Source: Eubacteriales bacterium
GTDB lineage: Bacteria > Bacillota > Clostridia > Oscillospirales > CAG-272
Assembly (NCBI GenBank): GCA_045124015.1
Contig: JBGVLA010000192.1
Span: forward strand, 13,412-77,411
Direction of reading: 5' to 3'
Length of the DNA stretch: 64,000 nt
The notes beneath the pieces are model-generated. The model saw only the letters and a list, made by a program, of their open reading frames with translations. It made no database searches and had not been told where the DNA came from. Below are positions 17,897-26,527 of the stretch, piece after piece. A program made the position numbers and the translations under genes. Position 1 is the first letter of the stretch, and every line of letters starts with the position of its first letter.

Positions 17897-18579
17897 TCGT
17901 GATCAAAAATAAAACCGTTCGCACCGTTTTTCGCGTGCTGATCCCTGCCATTTTGATTCCGCTTTCGGTCGTACTTGGGATGTTCATCTTTGACGAAAAG
18001 GCACACGCTTTCGTTTCGGTGGCGGTAGCGATGCTTTCCGTCGTTTTGTTTCTTTGCGGATTCGACCGCAAAAAGACGGGAACAAGACGCCTCATCCTCA
18101 TTTCCGTGATGATCGCACTTTCCGTCGTCGGCAGATTTTTCCCGCTGTTCAAGCCCGTAACGGCGTTTGCCGTGATTGCGGGAATGTATTTCGGTGCGGA
18201 GGCAGGCTTTCTCACAGGCTCCTTTTCCGCCCTCATCTCGAATTTTTATTTTGGACAAGGCCCTTGGACGCCGTTTCAGATGTTCGCGTGGGGATTGCTT
18301 GGCTTTTTGGCAGGAGTCATGAACCAACCGCTGAAAAAAAGCCGTGTGATGCTCTATGCGTATGCGTTTTTCTCGGGTATTTTGTATTCGCTCGTCATGG
18401 ATATTTGGACAGTACTTTGGGAGCTTGGCGGATTTTCCGCAGAAGTCTATCTTGCGAAGATGCTGACCGCACTTCCGCATACGCTTCTCTATGCAGTATC
18501 GAACGTGATATTTCTGCTTCTCTTTGCGAAGCCGTTTGGAGAAAAACTCGAGCGTGTGAAATTAAAATACGGGGTATAG
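17893..18579 (+). CDS. ECF transporter substrate-specific (S) component, putative corrinoid-specific (CbrT-like by context)
   Basis: ATGA overlap with the ATPase stop and a GGGAG RBS. About 228 aa with six predicted TM segments, the size and topology of an S component. Substrate is inferred only from the riboswitch and neighbouring genes. Confidence 0.65.
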   Translation: MIVIKNKTVRTVFRVLIPAILIPLSVVLGMFIFDEKAHAFVSVAVAMLSVVLFLCGFDRKKTGTRRLILISVMIALSVVGRFFPLFKPVTAFAVIAGMYFGAEAGFLTGSFSALISNFYFGQGPWTPFQMFAWGLLGFLAGVMNQPLKKSRVMLYAYAFFSGILYSLVMDIWTVLWELGGFSAEVYLAKMLTALPHTLLYAVSNVIFLLLFAKPFGEKLERVKLKYGV

Positions 18580-18603
18580 CACATTGTCCCATCGAAAAAT
18601 ATA

Positions 18604-18760
18604 CTTTTCCGCCGTTAGATCCGAGCGATAGATCGCTCGCCCTACGGGTTTCGACTACGCCATGCCGTCATCCTAAGCGAAGCACGAAGTCGAAATTTTG
18701 CGCAAGCAAAATCGCGCAGCGGAATCTCGGCATGGCTTCGCTCAAGATGACGGCGGAGGA
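18604..18760 (+). repeat. Structured intergenic repeat, copy A
   Basis: Aligns with 41441-41606 in the same orientation. Contains hairpins CGAGCGAT-AGA-TCGCTCG and ATTTTGC-GCAA-GCAAAAT, and a 17-bp imperfect inverted repeat GTCATCCTAAGCGAAGC / GCTTCGCTCAAGATGAC. Terminal pairing CCGCCGT / ACGGCGG. Confidence 0.85.
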
Positions 18761-18789
18761 GATTTTTGCGAAGTTTTGAAAGGATTTTT

Positions 18790-19362
18790 ATGAAAAAATA
18801 TTGGAATTTATTTTTTACGATGCTGAAGATCGGACTTTTCACCTTTGGTGGCGGCTATGCGATGATCGCGCTTTTGGAAAACGAGTTCGTCAGCCAAAAG
18901 AAATGGCTGGAAAAAGAAGAATTTCTCGATATGGTCGCCATTGCGGAATCCACGCCGGGTCCCATCGCCATCAATGCCGCGACCTACATCGGCTATAAGA
19001 CCGCAGGTGTCCTCGGCTCTCTCATGGCAACGCTCGGCGTTTGCATCCCGTCCTTCGTCATCATTTACATGATATCCCTCTTTTTTGATGCGTTTTTATC
19101 GCTGACCTACGTGGCGTACGCCTTCAAGGGGATTCAAGTCTGTGTGATCTATCTCATCCTCTCCGCAGGCATTAAAATGCTGAAGGGACTCGAAAAAAAG
19201 GCGTTCAATTTTGTGATCTTGGGTCTTGTCGTGAGCTGTATGATCTTGTTTTCCGTCTTCGCCGTTTCGTTTTCCACGATATTCTATATCCTCATTTGCG
19301 GTGCGCTCGGCGTCTTTCTTTATCTGCTTCGCAAGCTTTGCGGTAAGGAGGAAACGAAATGA
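18790..19362 (+). CDS. Chromate transporter family protein (ChrA half-size, N-type)
   Basis: FTFGGGYAMIALLENEFV...ESTPGPIAINAATYIGY is the CHR family signature. Start at ATG 18790. Confidence 0.85.
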   Translation: MKKYWNLFFTMLKIGLFTFGGGYAMIALLENEFVSQKKWLEKEEFLDMVAIAESTPGPIAINAATYIGYKTAGVLGSLMATLGVCIPSFVIIYMISLFFDAFLSLTYVAYAFKGIQVCVIYLILSAGIKMLKGLEKKAFNFVILGLVVSCMILFSVFAVSFSTIFYILICGALGVFLYLLRKLCGKEETK

Positions 19363-19931
19363 TCTATCTGAAATTATTTTTGACGTTTCTTGAGATCGGC
19401 GCGGTCTCCTTTGGCGGCGGCTATGGAATGATCTCTCTGATCCGCGAAAAGGTGTTGACAAACGGCTGGCTGACCGAGGAAGCACTCCTCAATATGATCG
19501 CGGTCTCCGAATCCACCCCCGGTCCCATCGCGGTCAATATGGCAACCTTTATCGGGTCTTCACAGGGCGGTATCTTAGGTTCGTTTTTAGCAACGCTCGG
19601 GGTCATTTTGCCGTCTTTTTTCATGATTTTGCTGATCTCGGCGCTCATTCGCAATTTCTTGAAATTCCGTGGTGTCAAGGCGTTCTTGGATGGTGTCCGC
19701 CCCTGTATCGTAGGCCTCATTTTGGCAACGGGAATCACGATGCTCATGAGCAATCTCATCGGTTTTTCCAAGATCTCCGATACACCGACGCCGGATCTTC
19801 GCGGACTTCTCATTTTTGCTCTTTTAACGGTCTTTGCGCTCGTTTGGAAGCACATCAAAAAGAATAAGCCCTCGCCGATCCTTCTCATTCTGTTATCCGC
19901 AGGACTCGGTATGCTCTTATACGCACTTTGA
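19359..19931 (+). CDS. Chromate transporter family protein (ChrA half-size, C-type)
   Basis: VSFGGGYGMISLIREKV...ESTPGPIAVNMATFIG. ATGA overlap with the preceding half. Confidence 0.85.
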   Translation: MIYLKLFLTFLEIGAVSFGGGYGMISLIREKVLTNGWLTEEALLNMIAVSESTPGPIAVNMATFIGSSQGGILGSFLATLGVILPSFFMILLISALIRNFLKFRGVKAFLDGVRPCIVGLILATGITMLMSNLIGFSKISDTPTPDLRGLLIFALLTVFALVWKHIKKNKPSPILLILLSAGLGMLLYAL

Positions 19932-19949
19932 AAGAAAAATCCCTCAAGT

Positions 19950-19990
19950 CCTTCGCTCCCTTTCGATGGAGCGAAGGCTTTCCTTTTGCC
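19950..19990 (+). terminator. Terminator after the chrA pair
   Basis: Stem CCTTCGCTCC/GGAGCGAAGG (19950-19959 / 19968-19977) followed by CTTTCCTTTTG. Confidence 0.6.
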
Positions 19991-20032
19991 GAAAAAATCA
20001 AACCGAATCTCTTAAAAAGTCCTTCTTTCCTA

Positions 20033-20061
20033 TTGTAATTTGATTGTAATTGCGTTATAAT
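20033..20061 (+). promoter_or_regulatory. Candidate promoter of asnS
   Basis: TTGTAA (20033-20038), 17 nt, TATAAT (20056-20061), embedded in a direct repeat ATTGTAATT x2. Confidence 0.45.
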
Positions 20062-20115
20062 AATTTATATATATGCTATTATAATGTCTATTCTCAATGA
20101 AAGGGATCATATATC

Positions 20116-21510
20116 ATGAAACGCACCACCATCAAAGAGCTTTACGCTTCCCCCGAAGCGTTTGCAGACAAAGAGGTTACCGTTGCAGGTTGGGCAAGAA
20201 CCGTTCGCGCAAGCAATGCGTTCGGCTTCATGGAACTCGCCGACGGTAGTACATTCCCCAGACTCCAGATCGTTTTCGAAGCAGATAAGCTCGAAAACTA
20301 CACCGAAATCGCAAAACTCAACGTGGGTGCCGCTGTGATCGCACGCGGTATCTTCGTTCTTACTCCCGATGCCAAGCAGCCCTTTGAGCTCAAGGCAACC
20401 AGCATGGAGGTAGAAGGTGTTTCCACACCCGATTTCCCGCTCCAGAAAAAGAAAACTTCTCTTGAGTTTCTCAGAACCATCCCCCATCTCCGTGCAAGAA
20501 CCAACACCTTCCAGGCGGTATTCCGCGTTCGTTCCGAAGCGGCTTATGCGATCCACAAATTCTTTAACGACGAAGGCTTCGTTTACGTCAACACCCCCCT
20601 TATCACCGTTTCTGACTGTGAGGGCGCAGGTGAAATGTTCCGCGTAACCGCACTCGATATGGACAACCTCCCCAAGACCGAAGATGGCAAGGTCGACTTC
20701 TCCGAAGACTTCTTCGGCAAGGCGGCAAACCTCACCGTTTCGGGTCAGCTCCAGGGCGAGACCTTTGCGCAGGCTTTCGCAAAGATCTATACCTTCGGTC
20801 CGACCTTCCGCGCAGAACGCTCCAACACACAGCGCCATGCCGCAGAATTCTGGATGATCGAGCCCGAGATCGCATTCGCTGACCTCAACGACTATATGGA
20901 TCTTGCGGAAGCAATGACAAAATCCGTTGTGGCACACGTTCTCGAAACCTGTCCCTACGAGTTGGAATTCTTCAATAAATTTATCGATAACACCGTTCTT
21001 GAACGCTTGCATAATATAGTATCGAGCGACTTTGCGCGCGTCAGCTACACAGACGCCATCAAGATCCTCGAGGAAAGCGGCAAGGACTTCGAATACAAGC
21101 CCTATTGGGGTTGCGATATGCAGACAGAGCACGAACGCTACCTCTGCGAGCAGGTATTCAAAAAACCCGTATTCGTTACAGACTATCCCAAGGAGATCAA
21201 ATCCTTCTATATGCGCCTGAACGATGACGGCAAGACCGTTGCGGCGGCAGACATGCTCGTTCCCGGTGTCGGCGAGCTCATCGGCGGTAGCCAGCGTGAA
21301 GAACGTCTCGATATGCTCGAAGCGGCATACAAGCGTTGCGGCCTCAACAAAGAAGATTACTGGTGGTATACCGAGCTTCGCAAATACGGTACCACACATC
21401 ATGCCGGTTTTGGTCTCGGCTTTGAAAGACTTATCATGTATATCACAGGTGTTTCCAACATCCGCGACGTAGAAGCCTTCCCGAGAACAACAGGCAACGC
21501 AGATATTTAA
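20116..21510 (+). CDS. asnS: Asparagine--tRNA ligase
   Basis: 464 aa. N-terminal OB fold ([11 protein letters not shown]) and class IIb core motifs ([38 protein letters not shown]). Confidence 0.9.
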   Translation: MKRTTIKELYASPEAFADKEVTVAGWARTVRASNAFGFMELADGSTFPRLQIVFEADKLENYTEIAKLNVGAAVIARGIFVLTPDAKQPFELKATSMEVEGVSTPDFPLQKKKTSLEFLRTIPHLRARTNTFQAVFRVRSEAAYAIHKFFNDEGFVYVNTPLITVSDCEGAGEMFRVTALDMDNLPKTEDGKVDFSEDFFGKAANLTVSGQLQGETFAQAFAKIYTFGPTFRAERSNTQRHAAEFWMIEPEIAFADLNDYMDLAEAMTKSVVAHVLETCPYELEFFNKFIDNTVLERLHNIVSSDFARVSYTDAIKILEESGKDFEYKPYWGCDMQTEHERYLCEQVFKKPVFVTDYPKEIKSFYMRLNDDGKTVAAADMLVPGVGELIGGSQREERLDMLEAAYKRCGLNKEDYWWYTELRKYGTTHHAGFGLGFERLIMYITGVSNIRDVEAFPRTTGNADI

Positions 21511-21538
21511 GATTCGGAAAGGTATAGACACAAAGACC

Positions 21539-22786
21539 ATGGCAAACACAGCAATTTCTCTGACCGAGCTTCAAGCACAGTATGAAGCGCTCCTCACACA
21601 AAATCTCAAACTTGATATGTCCAGAGGCAAGCCCTGCACCGAACAGCTCGGACTTTCCGATGAACTTCTTTTCGCCCTCAAAAGCAAGGACGACTGCAAG
21701 ACCAAAGCGGGCTTTGATATCCGTAACTACGGTCTTCCCGGCGGTGTTCCCGAGCTCGCAGAGCTTTTTGCAGAGCTTCTCGGCGTTCCCGCAGACAACA
21801 TCATCCTCGGCGGTAACTCCAGCCTTAATATGATGTACGATACCGTATGCCGCGCGATCCTCTTCGGCACATACGGCAACTGCCTGCCTTGGAAGGACCA
21901 GGGCAAGGTCAAATTCATCTGCCCCGTTCCGGGCTATGACAGACATTTTGCGATCTGTCAGCGTTGCGGTATCGAAATGATCACCGTCGGCATGACAGGC
22001 GAAGGTCCCGATATGGACGCTGTCGAAGAGCTCATCAAGGATCCCTCCGTCAAGGGTATGTGGTGCGTTCCGAAGTATTCGAACCCCACGGGTGAAACGT
22101 ATAGCGAGGCGACCGTTCGCAGAATCGCAACAATGAAGCCCGCCGCGCCCGACTTCCGTGTTTTCTGGGATATGGCATACGCCATCCACGACCTTGATGA
22201 AACGCCCGACGATCTCCCGAACATTTTCGAAATGATCAAGGGCACGGAAAATAAGAACCTCGTTTATGCGTTCTTCTCCACCTCGAAGATCACCTACCCC
22301 GGCGCAGGCATCGCGCTTATGATCTCCAGCACGGAAAACATCAAGCACGCAAAGGCGGATATCGCATTCCAGACCATCTCCCCCGACAAGATCAATCAGC
22401 TCCGCCATATGAAGTACCTCAAAAATGCAGATAACGTTCGTGCGCTCATGAAAAAGCACGCAGAGATCCTCAAGCCGAAGTTTGATACCGTCGTCCGCAT
22501 CTTTGAAGAAAAGCTTTCCGACATGGAAAACGTTCATTGGACGAAGCCTCACGGCGGTTATTTCGTTTCTCTTGACGTCGTTCCCGGCACGGCGAGCCGC
22601 GTGTGCGAGCTTTGCAAAAATGCCGGCGTCGTTCTCACGCCCGCAGGCTCCACGTTCCCCTATAAGAATGACCCCGAGGATAAGAACCTGCGCATCGCGC
22701 CCTCTTACCCCACCGTGGCAGAAATGGAAAAAGCAATGGAAGTTCTCTGCCTCTGTGTCAGAATCGCCGCTTTGGAAAAGGCTTAA
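21539..22786 (+). CDS. PLP-dependent aminotransferase, class I/II fold (aspartate-family context)
   Basis: 415 aa. LDMSRGKPCTEQL opening and an STSKITYPGAG lysine region, typical of this aminotransferase subgroup. Confidence 0.75.
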   Translation: MANTAISLTELQAQYEALLTQNLKLDMSRGKPCTEQLGLSDELLFALKSKDDCKTKAGFDIRNYGLPGGVPELAELFAELLGVPADNIILGGNSSLNMMYDTVCRAILFGTYGNCLPWKDQGKVKFICPVPGYDRHFAICQRCGIEMITVGMTGEGPDMDAVEELIKDPSVKGMWCVPKYSNPTGETYSEATVRRIATMKPAAPDFRVFWDMAYAIHDLDETPDDLPNIFEMIKGTENKNLVYAFFSTSKITYPGAGIALMISSTENIKHAKADIAFQTISPDKINQLRHMKYLKNADNVRALMKKHAEILKPKFDTVVRIFEEKLSDMENVHWTKPHGGYFVSLDVVPGTASRVCELCKNAGVVLTPAGSTFPYKNDPEDKNLRIAPSYPTVAEMEKAMEVLCLCVRIAALEKA

Positions 22787-22834
22787 AACAGGAAAAAGAA
22801 AAAAACATAAACATAAATGAAAGGACTTACGATC

Positions 22835-24262
22835 ATGGAAAACAATCGCTATGAAAGCGCTTTCTCCGGCAGATATGCCAGCCCCGAAATGCAGTACCTT
22901 TTCTCCGCAGACAAAAAATTCTCCACATGGAGAAAGCTTTGGATCTCCCTTGCAAAAGCAGAAAAGGCAATGGGTCTTGATATCACCGACGCACAGATCG
23001 CAGAGCTTGAAGCTCATGTAGACGATATCGACTACAAGGCAGCAGGCGAATACGAAAAGAAGCTCCGCCACGACGTTATGGCGCATATCCACGCATGGGG
23101 CGATGTTTGCCCGAATGCGCGCCCCATCATTCACCTTGGCGCAACCTCCTGCTACGTTGGCGATAACACCGATATGATCATCGCAAAGGAAGCCCTCGCG
23201 CTCGTTCGTGAAAAGCTTCTCGCCGTTATCAAAAACCTCCGCGATTTCGCAGAAACCTATAAGGCGCTTCCCGCTCTTGCATATACACACCTTCAGCCCG
23301 CGCAGCTCACCACCGTCGGCAAGCGTGCGACCCTCTGGCTCTATGAACTCACCCTCGACCTCCACGACCTCGATTTCGTAGCGCAGTCTTTGGCGCTTCT
23401 CGGTCAGAAGGGTACCACCGGTACACAGGCAAGCTTCATGGAACTTTTTGAAGGCGACACCGCGAAGATCGACAAGCTCGAAGGCATGATCGCATCCGAT
23501 TTCGGTTTTGATAAAGTCGTTCCCGTTTCCGGTCAGACCTACACCAGAAAGTTTGATAGCCGCGTTATGAACGTACTTTCCGGCATCGCACAGAGCGCAT
23601 ACAAATTTGCAAACGATATGCGTATCCTCCAGTCCTTCAAGGAAATGGAAGAACCCTTTGAAAAGAATCAGATCGGTTCCTCCGCAATGCCCTATAAGCG
23701 CAACCCGATGAGAAGCGAACGCATCTGCGCTCTCGCAAGATACGTCATCTCCGATTCCATCAACCCTGCCATCACGACCGCTACACAGTGGTTCGAACGC
23801 ACCCTTGACGACTCTGCAAACAAGAGAATCGCCATGAGTGAAGCATTCCTCGCTGTTGATGCGATCCTCAATATTTATATCAACGTAACCTCCGGTCTCG
23901 TTGTATATCCCAAGGTCGTAGAAGCAAGAATCATGCGTGAACTTCCCTTCATCGCAAGTGAAAACATCATGATGGACCTTGTAAAGAAGGGCGGCGACCG
24001 TCAGGAGATCCACGAAAAGATTCGTGTTCACTCCATTGCGGCAGGCAAGAGAGTCAAAGAAGAAGGTCTTGACAACGATATGATCGAACGTATCTGCAAC
24101 GATCCGACGCTTGACATCACCATCGATGAGCTCAAAGCCATCTTGATCCCGTCCAAGTACATCGGCAGATGTGTAGAACAGGTTGAACGCTTCCTCAAAA
24201 ATGAAGTTGACCCCGTTCTCGAAGGTGCTGACCACGAAGTCAAGGTTGAACTCAACGTATAA
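22835..24262 (+). CDS. purB: Adenylosuccinate lyase
   Basis: Start preferred at MENNRYESAFSGRYASPEMQYLFS (AAAGGA RBS). Fumarate-lyase signature GSSAMPYKRNP is present. Confidence 0.92.
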   Translation: MENNRYESAFSGRYASPEMQYLFSADKKFSTWRKLWISLAKAEKAMGLDITDAQIAELEAHVDDIDYKAAGEYEKKLRHDVMAHIHAWGDVCPNARPIIHLGATSCYVGDNTDMIIAKEALALVREKLLAVIKNLRDFAETYKALPALAYTHLQPAQLTTVGKRATLWLYELTLDLHDLDFVAQSLALLGQKGTTGTQASFMELFEGDTAKIDKLEGMIASDFGFDKVVPVSGQTYTRKFDSRVMNVLSGIAQSAYKFANDMRILQSFKEMEEPFEKNQIGSSAMPYKRNPMRSERICALARYVISDSINPAITTATQWFERTLDDSANKRIAMSEAFLAVDAILNIYINVTSGLVVYPKVVEARIMRELPFIASENIMMDLVKKGGDRQEIHEKIRVHSIAAGKRVKEEGLDNDMIERICNDPTLDITIDELKAILIPSKYIGRCVEQVERFLKNEVDPVLEGADHEVKVELNV

Positions 24263-24289
24263 TCGGCTCGTGCCATTTTAAGCAAATGC

Positions 24290-24322
24290 AAAAAAAGCCT
24301 CCCTTGTTTTGACAAGGGAGGC
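24290..24322. terminator. Stem-loop after purB whose U tract lies on the opposite strand
   Basis: 10-bp stem GCCTCCCTTG/CAAGGGAGGC (24297-24306 / 24313-24322), preceded by A7 and followed by AAAATTG on the + strand. Confidence 0.5.
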
Positions 24323-24373
24323 AAAATTGATATATTTTTCGCCGTATATGACGGCAGAATGGAGTTTTTCAAT

Positions 24374-25390
24374 TTGAAAATCACCGTACTCGCAGGCGGT
24401 TTCAGCCCCGAACGCGACGTTTCGCTTCTTTCGGGCTCGCTCATCGCCAATTCCCTTTGCAAAAGCGGCCATCGTGTCGCGCTCGTTGACGTCTTTTACC
24501 CGTATGAAGGCGTACTCACAGATGATGCTTTCACGACGGACGGCAACTTTATGTATACCATTCCCAAAACACCGCCGGAGCTCGACGCGCTCCGAAAGGA
24601 AGTTCCGGGAACCGCGCTCGTTGGCGACAGAGTGCTTGAGCTTTGCGCCATTTCGGACGTTGTTTTCTTAGCGCTCCATGGCGGCATGGGGGAAGACGGA
24701 CGCATCCAAGCGATCCTTTCCTCCATGGGTATCCCCTATACGGGAAGCGATTTTTCCTCGTGTCTTGTTGCGATGGATAAATATCTTTCCAAGCTTCTTT
24801 TCCGCGCACACGGCGTTCCCACCGCGGATTTCACACTCATAAAGAACGGCGAAATGCCTCGTGCCGTCTCCTATCCCTGCGTTGTCAAGCCCTGCTCCTG
24901 CGGTTCCTCCGTCGGCGTTTCCATTGTAAACAATGAAGAAGAGCTGAAAGCCGCGCTTGATTTCGCCAAGCGTTATGAAACCAAGATCCTCATTGAGGAT
25001 ATGATTTGCGGACGTGAATTCTCCGTCGGTATCTTAAACGGCAAAGCGCTCCCCGCCATCGAGATTCGTCCCAAGGACGGCTTTTATGATTATGAACGCA
25101 AATATCAGTCGGGGCTCACCGATGAGATCTGCCCTGCGGAGCTTTCGGAATCGGATGCCAAGCGTCTTGCCGAGACCGCGCTCAAAGCGCACAGAGCGCT
25201 GAATTTGGGCAGTTATAGCCGCATCGACTTCATTCGTGAAGAAAAAACGGGCAAATTCATGTGTCTGGAAGCCAATACGCTTCCCGGCATGACGCCCATG
25301 AGCCTTCTTCCGCAGGAAGCGGCAGCGGAAGGCATCGATTATGATGCCCTTTGTCTTGCGATCGCCATGTCCGCGATTCCATCAAAATAA
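24374..25390 (+). CDS. ddl: D-alanine--D-alanine ligase
   Basis: I prefer TTG 24374 (KITVLAGGFSPERDVSLLSG, GGAG 9 nt upstream), with ATG 24359 as the alternative. ATP-grasp body and a C-terminal EANTLPGMT motif. Confidence 0.9.
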   Translation: MKITVLAGGFSPERDVSLLSGSLIANSLCKSGHRVALVDVFYPYEGVLTDDAFTTDGNFMYTIPKTPPELDALRKEVPGTALVGDRVLELCAISDVVFLALHGGMGEDGRIQAILSSMGIPYTGSDFSSCLVAMDKYLSKLLFRAHGVPTADFTLIKNGEMPRAVSYPCVVKPCSCGSSVGVSIVNNEEELKAALDFAKRYETKILIEDMICGREFSVGILNGKALPAIEIRPKDGFYDYERKYQSGLTDEICPAELSESDAKRLAETALKAHRALNLGSYSRIDFIREEKTGKFMCLEANTLPGMTPMSLLPQEAAAEGIDYDALCLAIAMSAIPSK

Positions 25391-25474
25391 ACTTCTGCGC
25401 GTCATACTGAGCGCAGCGGAATGTATTTCGCAGAAGCCCATAAATCTCAAACATGAAAGGATGTTTTTCCAAAA

Positions 25475-26293
25475 ATGAAGACCATTATTGGTATTGATGT
25501 CGGTGGAAGCACGACGAAGATCGTCGGCTTTCGTGATAACGAAATGATTGCGCCGCAATTTGTCAAAGCGACCGATCCCGTTACCTCTCTCTATGGTGCA
25601 TTCGGTAAATTTACCGTGGAAAACGGCATCGAACTTTCAGATATAGACAAAATCAAATTGACAGGTGTAGGCTCCTCCTACGTAACCAAGCCGCTTTACG
25701 GTCTTGCCTGTGAACGCGCCGCAGAATTCGAATGTGTCGGACGCGGCGGCATTTATCTTTCGGGTCTTGACGAGGCGATCGTTGTCAGCATGGGCACGGG
25801 CACATCCATCATTCATGCCTCCAAGGACGGCAACGTGCATTATTTCGGCGGCACAGGTGTCGGCGGCGGCACGGTCGTTGGACTTTCCCGCCGTATGCTC
25901 GGCATGGATAGCATTTCGCATATCGTAGAGATTGCTAAGGATGGCTGTCTGGATAATGTTGACCTTCGCATCAAGGATATGTATGACAAAAAATCGTCAT
26001 CCATCTCTCTTGCGGAAAACATGACTGCCGCAAACTTCGGTAAGCTTTCCGATATGGCATCTCCGGGGGATATTGCGCTTGCCATTCTCAATATGGCGTT
26101 TGAGACCGCAGGTATGCTCGCAATCTTCGCCGCGAGAAGCAAAAACCTCAAGGATATCGTTCTGACGGGCAACCTCACCTCGATTCCGCAGGCAAAAACG
26201 ATTTTTGCCGATCTCGAAAAGCTTTTCGACGTGCATTTCATCATCCCCGAACACGCACAATTCGCTTGCGCCATCGGCGCAGCCCTGGCTTAA
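25475..26293 (+). CDS. coaW: Type II pantothenate kinase-like ASKHA ATPase
   Basis: 272 aa. MKTIIGIDVGGSTTKIVGF phosphate-1 motif, GTGTSII and GGTGVGGGT motifs as in staphylococcal-type PanK. Confidence 0.6.
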   Translation: MKTIIGIDVGGSTTKIVGFRDNEMIAPQFVKATDPVTSLYGAFGKFTVENGIELSDIDKIKLTGVGSSYVTKPLYGLACERAAEFECVGRGGIYLSGLDEAIVVSMGTGTSIIHASKDGNVHYFGGTGVGGGTVVGLSRRMLGMDSISHIVEIAKDGCLDNVDLRIKDMYDKKSSSISLAENMTAANFGKLSDMASPGDIALAILNMAFETAGMLAIFAARSKNLKDIVLTGNLTSIPQAKTIFADLEKLFDVHFIIPEHAQFACAIGAALA

Positions 26294-26347
26294 CCCCCAC
26301 CGGGCGACATTGCCGCCCACCTCCCCACTTGCATTTGGGGAGGATGC

Positions 26348-26378
26348 GGACGCTTCGATTTTCGAAGCGTCCTTTTTT
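26348..26378 (+). terminator. Terminator after the PanK-like gene
   Basis: Stem GGACGCTTCGA/TCGAAGCGTCC followed by T6 (26373-26378). Confidence 0.85.
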
Positions 26379-26527
26379 GTTGGTGCCTCGATCGAAAAAG
26401 GCATGATCCCAACAGCACACCAACGGCGATAGACGATGGATTCGGCAATTTTTGTGTCCGTGCGCCGTCAGGCGAATATAACTCGGCGTGCCTGCTCAAT
26501 CGCAGGCACGCCTAAATCGTTTTTTCA

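Noticed and set aside
19932-20115. Possible T-box leader upstream of asnS, by analogy with serS.
   Set aside because: The gap is only 184 nt. It lacks the AGAGA/GGTGNRA stem-I motifs and any GGGTGG T-box sequence, and it has no terminator/antiterminator pair after the promoter.
21443-24235. A 930-aa minus-strand ORF. Similar very long ORFs lie opposite known genes: 3877..5823 +, 5908..7272 +, 8746..10203 -, 16205..17506 -, 20107..21549 -, 38558..41626 +, 50736..52598 +, 53979..55484 -, 57931..59412 + and 60686..62437 +.
   Set aside because: Each lies antisense to a gene whose product has unmistakable family motifs (aminotransferase/purB, malQ, thrC, the ABC ATPase, asnS, GH28, the SBP, serS, the SIS protein, rhaB). 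Their translations are low-complexity, rich in Cys, Arg, Phe and His, and have no RBS. They are shadow ORFs created by codon bias that avoids TTA, CTA and TCA on the sense strand.
26485-26512. An 11-bp GC-rich hairpin (GGCGTGCCTGC/GCAGGCACGCC) considered as the terminator of the lipoprotein gene.
   Set aside because: No U tract follows it on the minus strand, and only a distant T6 lies on the plus strand. It may still be a weak or factor-dependent terminator, but I cannot support calling it one.
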